A stretch of 29,714 nucleotides of DNA from a virus (Duplodnaviria; Caudoviricetes): positions 1 to 29,714 of IMG/VR virus record IMGVR_UViG_3300037704_000115. One strand, written 5' to 3'. Shown in pieces: positions 1 to 5,879 of this stretch. Position 1 is the stretch's first letter. Every line of letters begins with the position of its first letter. The translations under genes were made by a program, and so were the position numbers. A model generated the notes under the pieces. It saw only the letters and a program-made list of their open reading frames with translations. It was not told where the DNA came from and made no database searches.

Positions 1-8
1 GAACTGGC

Positions 9-212
9 GTGACCGTCGGCGTGCCGGTCGTGACGATGCTGCTGGCCGCCGCGCTGGGCCTCGCCTACGGCCCGCTATTTTGGGCCGCGCTGCTGGTCGC
101 CAACACGGTCGCCAGTGGCGTATCCGTCAGTCTTGCCTACTGGGTGGACGAACAACGCGCGGTCACGCTGGACGATGTAAGCGAGGCGCGCCGTGCCGAA
201 GGCCGGGCATAG
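9..212 (+). CDS. Small membrane protein, possibly 5'-truncated
   Basis: Two hydrophobic stretches; the frame is open to the window start. Confidence 0.6.
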   Translation: MTVGVPVVTMLLAAALGLAYGPLFWAALLVANTVASGVSVSLAYWVDEQRAVTLDDVSEARRAEGRA

Positions 213-423
213 CTGCGAAGATACGCAGCTGTTAGAGGACGATACCGCGCGGCTGCTCGGCGCGGGCGACCAGTTGGATCAATTGCGCGCCTTCGGGCTG
301 GCGCTCAGACAACGGGGGAAGATCACCGATGCGACCTACAGAGATTTTCGGGACGCCTGCGACATCCTGGCCGCGGCGCTGCTCACCGGACGACGCAACA
401 CGGCGCGGCTACGACGAGATTAG
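193..423 (+). CDS. Hypothetical protein (76 aa)
   Basis: GTG start after GAGG, overlapping the previous stop region; helical protein-like composition. Confidence 0.55.
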   Translation: MPKAGHSCEDTQLLEDDTARLLGAGDQLDQLRAFGLALRQRGKITDATYRDFRDACDILAAALLTGRRNTARLRRD

Positions 424-508
424 GCTCCGGCACGAGCGTGGCGCGTGGTTCCTGGCGGCGTTCGGGTTGGCGCTGTGGCTGGCGGCGCGGGCCGCGGGGT
501 GGGTATGA
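329..508 (+). CDS. Possible small membrane protein (59 aa, ends AWFLAAFGLALWLAARAAGWV), or a frameshifted C-terminus of 193..423
   Basis: ATG at 329 after GGGGGA; C-terminal hydrophobic helix; its TGA overlaps the next ATG (ATGA at 505-508). It overlaps 193..423 by 95 nt. Confidence 0.35.
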   Translation: MRPTEIFGTPATSWPRRCSPDDATRRGYDEIRLRHERGAWFLAAFGLALWLAARAAGWV

Positions 509-744
509 GCACGTTCTACCTGACCCAGCGGCCCGACCTGGGCGTTCTCTCTGCGGGTATGTGGCCCGACCGCAAGCGGCCCATGCTGTGTATTTCGCGC
601 GGAACGACGGCGGAGGTTATCGCCTATTTTCGGGACGATGCCACACAGCGTGCGTTTGAGCATTGGCTGATCGCGGTGCTTTGTGACTTGCGGCCCGACC
701 TCGTGGAGAGCCACTCCGCGGAGCGGGCCGCGGGGTGGGTGTGA
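487..744 (+). repeat. Direct repeat GCGGGCCGCGGGGTGGGT(A/G)TGA at 487-508 and 723-744, flanking one ORF
   Basis: 18 identical nt, then RTGA; read directly from the sequence. Confidence 0.85.
505..744 (+). CDS. Hypothetical protein (79 aa, MSTFYLTQRPDLG...)
   Basis: ATG at 505 coupled to the upstream TGA; in frame with track ORF 445..744. Confidence 0.65.
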   Translation: MSTFYLTQRPDLGVLSAGMWPDRKRPMLCISRGTTAEVIAYFRDDATQRAFEHWLIAVLCDLRPDLVESHSAERAAGWV

Positions 745-767
745 TGCCGCTGGAGGCGGCTGTATCA

Positions 768-1025
768 ATGACAAAACTGCACCTATGGAAATTCGGACCG
801 GATACCGTCGTAGCCGCTGACGAAGCGGACGTGCGCGCCGTGATGCGCGGAATCGTTGGCGAGGCATCGCTCAATTCGGACTATGTGGATGATGAACCTG
901 ATCTGATTGACGAAGACCATCTCATCACGATTTTCTACGAGGATGATGGCGAGAGAGTCACCAAATCGGCGCGCGAGTGGGCAGATGAGAATGGGCGCGG
1001 CTTTTTGTGCTCGACGGACTATTGA
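768..1025 (+). CDS. Hypothetical acidic phage protein (85 aa, ends ENGRGFLCSTDY)
   Basis: GGAGG at 752-756 before ATG 768. Confidence 0.75.
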   Translation: MTKLHLWKFGPDTVVAADEADVRAVMRGIVGEASLNSDYVDDEPDLIDEDHLITIFYEDDGERVTKSAREWADENGRGFLCSTDY

Positions 1026-1026
1026 C

Positions 1027-1122
1027 ATGGACCGCGCCGCGTGGTCCCTGCTATGGCTCGTGGTCGGCTGCGCCGTCGCGATTGCCGCGGTGACGTGGAC
1101 GGAGCGGATAGGAGAATGGTAG
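1027..1122 (+). CDS. Small single-pass membrane peptide (31 aa)
   Basis: ATG 1 nt after the upstream stop; hydrophobic core WSLLWLVVGCAVAIAAV; fills the gap between two genes. Confidence 0.5.
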   Translation: MDRAAWSLLWLVVGCAVAIAAVTWTERIGEW

Positions 1123-1430
1123 AGATGGCAATTCCCGGTATTAAACGCACTTCCAAACGTCACAAGGCCGAACCTGGACTGTCTTTCCAGGCTATCCAAT
1201 TCGCGCGTTGGATATTTCTCCGCCGCTATAGTTCCGGCAAGCGGCAGCCACATATGGACTACTGCTTCCATGTCGGTTTATGGCCTGAGCACCCGGCGGA
1301 GCAATATCGATTCGTAGATCGCATGGAAAACGAAATGAGTGAGCGTGTTTTCATGGATGAACCGGAACCGACATTTGGGCCGCGCGTCGATGCCATCATG
1401 CGAGCCGTGAATGAGGCGCTTTATGTTTGA
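1116..1430 (+). CDS. Hypothetical protein (~100 aa; start 1116 or 1125)
   Basis: AGGAG upstream; overlaps both neighbours as in a coupled operon. Confidence 0.65.
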   Translation: MVEMAIPGIKRTSKRHKAEPGLSFQAIQFARWIFLRRYSSGKRQPHMDYCFHVGLWPEHPAEQYRFVDRMENEMSERVFMDEPEPTFGPRVDAIMRAVNEALYV

Positions 1431-1680
1431 CATCACGCCGCAGTCAAACGGCTCGTATCTGGCGCAACTCTGGGACGCCGACGGCGACTATCACAGCGCG
1501 GTGCAGCCGAACGACGACGCGGCCCGTGCGTGGGTGCGTGAGACTTATCTGGAGGCCGACGCCGACAGCACGCGCGGCGGCATGGCGGTCGCCGCGTATG
1601 TCGTTGTCGCTGCGGTGGCGACGGTCGCGGGCGGCTTCGTCGCAGGGCTGGTGCTGGCGTGGCGAGTGTTTGGAGTTTAG
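1423..1680 (+). CDS. Hypothetical protein with C-terminal TM anchor (85 aa)
   Basis: GAGG before ATG 1423; long hydrophobic C-terminus. Confidence 0.7.
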   Translation: MFDITPQSNGSYLAQLWDADGDYHSAVQPNDDAARAWVRETYLEADADSTRGGMAVAAYVVVAAVATVAGGFVAGLVLAWRVFGV

Positions 1681-1702
1681 CAACGTACCCCGCGGGTAGT
1701 CC

Positions 1703-1739
1703 CCGCTTCGGCGGCGCAGTGCAACTCTGCGACGGGTGT
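1703..1739 (+). ncRNA. tRNA 3'-half-like element (UUCG hairpin, T-arm-like hairpin, putative acceptor strand)
   Basis: CCGC-TTCG-GCGG (1703-1714), then CGCAG-TGCAACT-CTGCG (1715-1731; 5 bp stem, 7-nt loop), then ACGGGTG. Confidence 0.35.
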
Positions 1740-1751
1740 TCATACCCATAA

Positions 1752-1830
1752 GGGGCGGCGCTAACCGTGGGTCATCTGTGGTATGTGCCCTGGGAGACCA
1801 CGGATAAATATCAGGGCCGGTTGTCGCCCC
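1752..1830 (+). ncRNA. Putative structured RNA: closing helix enclosing an H-type pseudoknot
   Basis: GGGGCGGC/GTCGCCCC (1752-59/1823-30); ATCTGTGGT/ACCACGGAT (1774-82/1797-1805); loop GCCCTG (1787-92) pairs with CAGGGC (1812-17) across the A-rich linker AAATAT. Confidence 0.45.
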
Positions 1831-1926
1831 AGAACGAGATCGTCGCGGGGCCGCACGTGGCTTGGGGCAGTTGGTCGAACCCATGCGGAACTGCAAGGAG
1901 ACGGCGGAACGCCAGCGACGGGGCTT

Positions 1927-1953
1927 TGCCGGGTGTGCCGCAAACACCCGGCA
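1927..1953 (+). other. Perfect 10-bp hairpin immediately 5' of the tRNA-like element
   Basis: TGCCGGGTGT / ACACCCGGCA, followed by GCTTT. Confidence 0.7.
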
Positions 1954-1958
1954 GCTTT

Positions 1959-2046
1959 GGGTCGGTAGCACAAAAGGTAGCGCGCGGGGTGAGTTTCTCT
2001 TGATCTTTGGCACTCCGATATGCGGGTTCGAGTCCCGCCCGGCCCA
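1959..2046 (+). tRNA. tRNA-like gene with an enlarged (23-nt) anticodon loop; identity uncertain (Pro-TGG-like?); no encoded CCA
   Basis: Acceptor GGGTCGG/CCGGCCC plus A73; T8A9; D arm GCAC-AAAAGGTA-GCGC (one mismatch); anticodon stem CGGGG/CTCCG; T arm GCGGG-TTCGAGT-CCCGC. Confidence 0.7.
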
Positions 2047-2175
2047 CTCACTCCGAGACCGCACCCGTTATGCGTCCCGGCGAGCATAGCATTGCAACGT
2101 CGTCATCCTAGACGGGGCCGCCTCACGACCGGACGCGGAAAGGCGGCTACAGCGGTAGTATCCTCCTATTGGACG

Positions 2176-2205
2176 GGGGTCGGGTGGGATATGACGCCCG
2201 GCCCC
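2176..2205 (+). other. GC-rich 11-bp hairpin closing the non-coding region
   Basis: GGGGTCGGGTG / CGCCCGGCCCC (two G-U pairs); no U tract follows. Confidence 0.6.
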
Positions 2206-2229
2206 TGGGAGAATGAAAGGTGAGTGAAT

Positions 2230-2448
2230 ATGCCCAGAAACTTAGTCGCTGTCGCCCGCATCCTAGCGGCCATCAGTGACGATCTGCACGACGGCAACGC
2301 GGAAGAGATCGCTGTCGCCGTCGTCTTGCGGGCCGTGCGTGTGGCGATTTTGAGTGAGCGCACACTCACGCTATCCGCGCAGATACAGCCGTGGATAGTC
2401 GCACTGGAAACTGAGTTGGAACAGGAAGAGAAAAGCAGGAACTTATGA
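2230..2448 (+). CDS. Hypothetical protein (72 aa)
   Basis: AAGGTGA before ATG 2230; ATGA overlap with the next gene. Confidence 0.7.
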   Translation: MPRNLVAVARILAAISDDLHDGNAEEIAVAVVLRAVRVAILSERTLTLSAQIQPWIVALETELEQEEKSRNL

Positions 2449-2978
2449 GCGCCAATTACCAACCTGCGCCGGACGAAATCATAGACCTGGCACGTGAACT
2501 GATCGACCTCTACCACGAGGACCTGGCCGACGCTCGGATCGGCCTGCTCATGCGCGACAAGGCCGCAACCAGTAACGGCATGACGGTTCTGGGCAAGGCC
2601 AAAAAACTCTCTGCTGACATGCGCGCCTACCTGCCCTACGACTTCATCATCTGGGTCGCCAAAGACTACTGGCGCATCCTGGAGCCGATGCAGCGGCGCG
2701 CTCTGCTCGATCATGAGCTATGTCATCTGATCATGGACGATGACGAGCCCAAAATACGCGGCCACGATATTGAGGAGTTCAACGCCATCATCGAACGCTA
2801 CGGCTATTGGTGGCCGGGCGCGGGGGAAACCGTGCTGGCGACACAGCGGCAGTTCGGGTTTTTGCGTCGGGTGGGGAGTGTGACCGCCGCGGATTTGGCC
2901 GCCGTGAACGGGGACGTCATGGACCAGGTGGGGGATTTGTTTGACCGCGACGCGGCGGACGGCGGAGAGGCGGTGTAG
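2445..2978 (+). CDS. Putative phage metallopeptidase (PhageMetallopep-like)
   Basis: HEXXH motif (LLDHELCHL) followed by the family-typical HDIEEF. Confidence 0.88.
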   Translation: MSANYQPAPDEIIDLARELIDLYHEDLADARIGLLMRDKAATSNGMTVLGKAKKLSADMRAYLPYDFIIWVAKDYWRILEPMQRRALLDHELCHLIMDDDEPKIRGHDIEEFNAIIERYGYWWPGAGETVLATQRQFGFLRRVGSVTAADLAAVNGDVMDQVGDLFDRDAADGGEAV

Positions 2979-2980
2979 GG

Positions 2981-3076
2981 ATGGAACCGTTCACGCCGAT
3001 ACCCAACTGGCTCATCGAAGCCATGCCGCAGATGCCCGCCAGCGTGCTGCAAGAAGGCAGATCATTATGGCGCTAA
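2981..3076 (+). pseudogene. Remnant N-terminus of a phage replication-initiator (O-like) gene, 31 codons
   Basis: MEPFTPIPNWLIEAMPQMPASVLQ resembles the F/Y-T-x-I-P-N-x-L-x-E start of phage O-type initiators; good RBS; stops just inside the HNH gene. Confidence 0.55.
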
Positions 3077-3444
3077 GAGAGAAGAATCGGGAGATATGGA
3101 ATCAAACTGGAGGTCGCTGTTGGTATTGTGGCTGCTGGTTGATCGAGCCGGTACCGCAAGGTGAACACAATCGCGATCTTGCAAGACGATGGTTCTCGGC
3201 TGATCACATCGTGCCAAAATTATATGGCGGTTCAGATGATGCCGATAATCTGAGACCTTCTTGTCGTAGTTGCAATTCGATCAAGGGAACGAGGACGGTC
3301 GAGCAATTTCGTTGGTTCTTGGGAATGCGCGCGAGGGGAGCGCCAAATTTCACAAAAGAGCATATCGCGTGGCTTGAAGAGCAAGAGGTTGATTTGCCGA
3401 TCCCGTTCTATATCATCTTCTGGGGAGAACGAGATCATGGGTAG
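3067..3444 (+). CDS. HNH endonuclease (125 aa)
   Basis: CWYCG ... DHIVPKLYGGSDDADNLRPSCRSCNSIKG; visibly lower GC than its flanks. Confidence 0.93.
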   Translation: MALREKNREIWNQTGGRCWYCGCWLIEPVPQGEHNRDLARRWFSADHIVPKLYGGSDDADNLRPSCRSCNSIKGTRTVEQFRWFLGMRARGAPNFTKEHIAWLEEQEVDLPIPFYIIFWGERDHG

Positions 3445-4423
3445 GCGCTATCGAGATATTGTTCGCACATCCAGCCAAGCCAAGCGCAGCGCCCGCGCCG
3501 TGATGATGCTGCTCGCCGACTACGCCGACGACGACGGTCTGGCTTGGCCCGGCCATGAGCGTATCGCAACCGAGTGCGGACTATCCGAACGCACCGTCAC
3601 GCGCGTCATTAGCAACCTGATCGAGACGGGCGAAATCGAGATCGAAACCCAGGCGCGGCGACATGACGCTACGACTTACCGGCTCTTGATTCGGCCCGCA
3701 ACACGCGCCCAGGGTAGACAAAATGGCTACTCCAAGGGTAGACAAAATGACGACCCTGGGCCGTCTGAGGGTAGACATCCTGACATTAAGGGTAGACATC
3801 CTGACATTAAGGGTAGACATCCTGACATTAAGGGTAGACATCCTGACACATTAAGGGTAGACATCCTGACGCCTAGGGTAGACATCCTGACCGGACAGGG
3901 TAGACAAAATGACGAGCCTACACACACGCGCGCATGCGCGCACTCTGAACCGCAAGAACCGGATCAAGAACCGGATCAAGAACCGCAAGAAGAACCGTTT
4001 ATTCCTTCGCCCTCGCCAAGCACGGCGCCCGCTACTGACCGCCAAACGTTCGACAATACGCCTCTCCTCGATAGCCCCATTGCGCATGACAAACCGCGCA
4101 CGCCGCAGCAGGAAATGTACGCGGCTATCTGCGAGGCGGTTGGCATGGACTACAAAATCATCACGGACAATCGCAAGGTGCAAATCGCGCAGACGGTTCG
4201 CATCCTGAGCGATAACGGCTACGGCGTTGATGACGTGCGCCGTTTCATGGTCGAAATATGGTTCCACGATTGGCGTTGGGAGAAGAACCAGCAGCGGCCC
4301 ACGCTGACGCAGCTTCGTGAGGAGATCGGCAAGCTGCGCGCGCCGATTCCGGTCGATTTGCCGGTTTCCCAAAGTCCAACTTCGCAATTGATCGACGACG
4401 TATTGGCCGGGAGGATCAAATGA
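3437..4423 (+). CDS. Phage replication initiator with N-terminal HTH (HTH_36-like), 328 aa
   Basis: LLADYADDDGLAWPGHERIATECGLSERTVTRVISNL; internal iteron array; followed by a helicase-loader gene; GGGGAG RBS. Confidence 0.88.
   Translation: MGRRYRDIVRTSSQAKRSARAVMMLLADYADDDGLAWPGHERIATECGLSERTVTRVISNLIETGEIEIETQARRHDATTYRLLIRPATRAQGRQNGYSKGRQNDDPGPSEGRHPDIKGRHPDIKGRHPDIKGRHPDTLRVDILTPRVDILTGQGRQNDEPTHTRACAHSEPQEPDQEPDQEPQEEPFIPSPSPSTAPATDRQTFDNTPLLDSPIAHDKPRTPQQEMYAAICEAVGMDYKIITDNRKVQIAQTVRILSDNGYGVDDVRRFMVEIWFHDWRWEKNQQRPTLTQLREEIGKLRAPIPVDLPVSQSPTSQLIDDVLAGRIK
3711..3913 (+). repeat. Iteron array, probable replication origin: 9 x AGGGTAGACA, mostly extended as (TCC/AAA)TGAC
   Basis: Copies start at 3711, 3735, 3768, 3789, 3810, 3831, 3854, 3875 and 3897 (spacings 24, 33, 21, 21, 21, 23, 21, 22), inside the initiator gene as in lambdoid origins. 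Confidence 0.88.
3947..3997 (+). repeat. A-rich GAACCG repeats downstream of the iterons (EPQEPDQEPDQEPQEEP)
   Basis: Five GAACCG copies in 9/12-nt units. Confidence 0.7.
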
Positions 4424-4776
4424 CGACCATTGGTCTGGTTCTGAAGCGGCTGTTCGGGGCGTACATGAACGCCAAGCCGACGGCAGAGACGATTGCCATC
4501 TATGCCGAGGCATTAAGCGATATTGAGCCGGAGCAGCTTGACATGGTAGTTAAGGAGGCGATTGCTACCCATGCAACGTTTGTGCCGTCGGTTGCCGACT
4601 TGCGGGCCATCAACCGCAAGCGGTTCGGCATGACGCTGCGCGAGATTGATGATACATACTGCCCTGATTCGCTGCGCGGTATTGTGATGGGCTGCGAGTC
4701 GGTTTTTGCACGACGCGATCGTGAGCGTGCTGCCAAGCAATTGACGGCTGTCGAACAGAAACAGTTGACGGCATGA
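4420..4776 (+). CDS. Replicative helicase loader/inhibitor (G39P-like)
   Basis: AY...IYAEALSDI...FVPSVADLR pattern; ATGA-coupled to the initiator. Confidence 0.72.
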   Translation: MTTIGLVLKRLFGAYMNAKPTAETIAIYAEALSDIEPEQLDMVVKEAIATHATFVPSVADLRAINRKRFGMTLREIDDTYCPDSLRGIVMGCESVFARRDRERAAKQLTAVEQKQLTA

Positions 4777-4973
4777 CCACCGAAATTTGCCGATGGCCGT
4801 TCGCGATTGCCTGGCGAATCAGCCCCGACAATCCATGTCTCACGCAATGGCGACGCAACGAACTCGGCGCGCGTTGGCAGGATTGGCGCGAGTTTGAGAC
4901 GCCGCAGGACGCGCGCGCCGCCATGTTCACCAACGGCATTAACCAGTACGAACCGCAGGAGACAGACGCGTGA
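4773..4973 (+). CDS. Hypothetical protein (66 aa)
   Basis: ATGA and GTGA overlaps with its two neighbours. Confidence 0.65.
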   Translation: MTTEICRWPFAIAWRISPDNPCLTQWRRNELGARWQDWREFETPQDARAAMFTNGINQYEPQETDA

Positions 4974-5473
4974 CTGACGGAGAAACTATCGCTGACTATT
5001 ATGATGAACTGCTCGGCTGGGTATGGCGGAAGATCGGGCATCGCCAGTTGGCCGAAGACCTCACTGGTGAAGTCTTTGTCAAAGCGTTCAGCGCGATCCG
5101 CCGTGGCCGGGGACCAACCCAAGCGCCTCGTGCCTGGCTGTTTCGCATCGCCCATAATTTGATGATCGACTACTTCCGTCGACGCACGCGCGTCATTGTC
5201 AAGCTTGGCTTTATCTTCGATCTCGATGAGGCCTTCTGTATGCCGGATGCCGGGCCATCGCCGGAACATCTCACGTTGGCCGCCGACAGTTTTAAGCGAA
5301 TTCTGGAAGCGGACGATCTGACCGCAGACCAACATTACTGGTTGGAACTGATGTTGATGGGATACGAGGCGTGCGAGATCGCCGGCCTGATGGATCGGAG
5401 CATCCGTGCAATCTCTGCATTGCGGCACCGTACCGTGGTCAAACTTCGGGATCGGGCTGCCCACCCGCCCTAG
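4970..5473 (+). CDS. ECF-type sigma-70 family factor
   Basis: Region 2 (AEDLTGEVFVKA...RAWLFRIAHNLMIDYFRRR) and region 4 HTH (GYEACEIAGLMDRSIRAISALRHR); AGGAG RBS. Confidence 0.9.
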   Translation: MTDGETIADYYDELLGWVWRKIGHRQLAEDLTGEVFVKAFSAIRRGRGPTQAPRAWLFRIAHNLMIDYFRRRTRVIVKLGFIFDLDEAFCMPDAGPSPEHLTLAADSFKRILEADDLTADQHYWLELMLMGYEACEIAGLMDRSIRAISALRHRTVVKLRDRAAHPP

Positions 5474-5570
5474 CGGGATCGCATGGTCGTAAAATATCCC
5501 TCGCCCGCCGCCCGCGCCGCCATCTCACCCGCCGTGCGCGCTTCCGCCACCACCCACGCCCGCACGGTCA

Positions 5571-5870
5571 CTACAGCCCAAGATCATTTACCGCCGTATT
5601 GATGGCATCCTGTTCCGCCGCCTCCAGCGCCTGGCGATGCGCTCGCTTGGCCGTCTGTACCAAATAGTCGGCCAACTCCCGCAGCGCCCAATCCAATTGC
5701 GTCTGCGGAGTATCCGGCAGCGGGTCGCCAGGCGTGCCGTCCTCATTGTCCGGTGGCGGCGGCGGATAGCCCCACGCCGGAAGCGCCAAACCGATGAGTT
5801 GCTGCGCTTTGGCGTTGGAGATTGTGATGGTGGATATGACCGGCCCGATAGTGATTGTTAGACTAGCCAA
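5571..5870 (-). CDS. Hypothetical protein after the tail fibre (possible fibre chaperone)
   Basis: AGGAG RBS and TTG start; last clear gene of the late operon. Confidence 0.7.
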   Translation of the reverse strand: MASLTITIGPVISTITISNAKAQQLIGLALPAWGYPPPPPDNEDGTPGDPLPDTPQTQLDWALRELADYLVQTAKRAHRQALEAAEQDAINTAVNDLGL

Positions 5871-5879
5871 AATGATCTC

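Noticed and set aside
1767-2003. 78-aa ORF and other short ORFs in the structured gap
   Set aside because: It overlaps the tRNA-like element, has no recognisable motifs and is not coupled to neighbours; not fully excluded.
1959-2046. tRNA as an attachment (att) site or prophage boundary
   Set aside because: Phage genes continue on both sides, no duplicate of the tRNA 3' end was seen, and there is no integrase in the window.
1681-2223. tmRNA, or a named ribozyme (pistol, HDV/theta, hammerhead)
   Set aside because: No Ala-type G3-U70 acceptor with CCA and no tag ORF; I could not fit the catalytic consensus of these ribozymes by eye. An Infernal search would be decisive.
3711-3913. CRISPR array
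   Set aside because: Units are about 21 bp with no unique spacers, lie inside the initiator ORF, and no cas genes are present; iterons explain them.
5470-5571. 33-codon - strand ORF (MTVRAWVVAEAR...) in the convergent gap
   Set aside because: Too short and without recognisable features; the C-rich + strand could equally be a Rho-loading tract.
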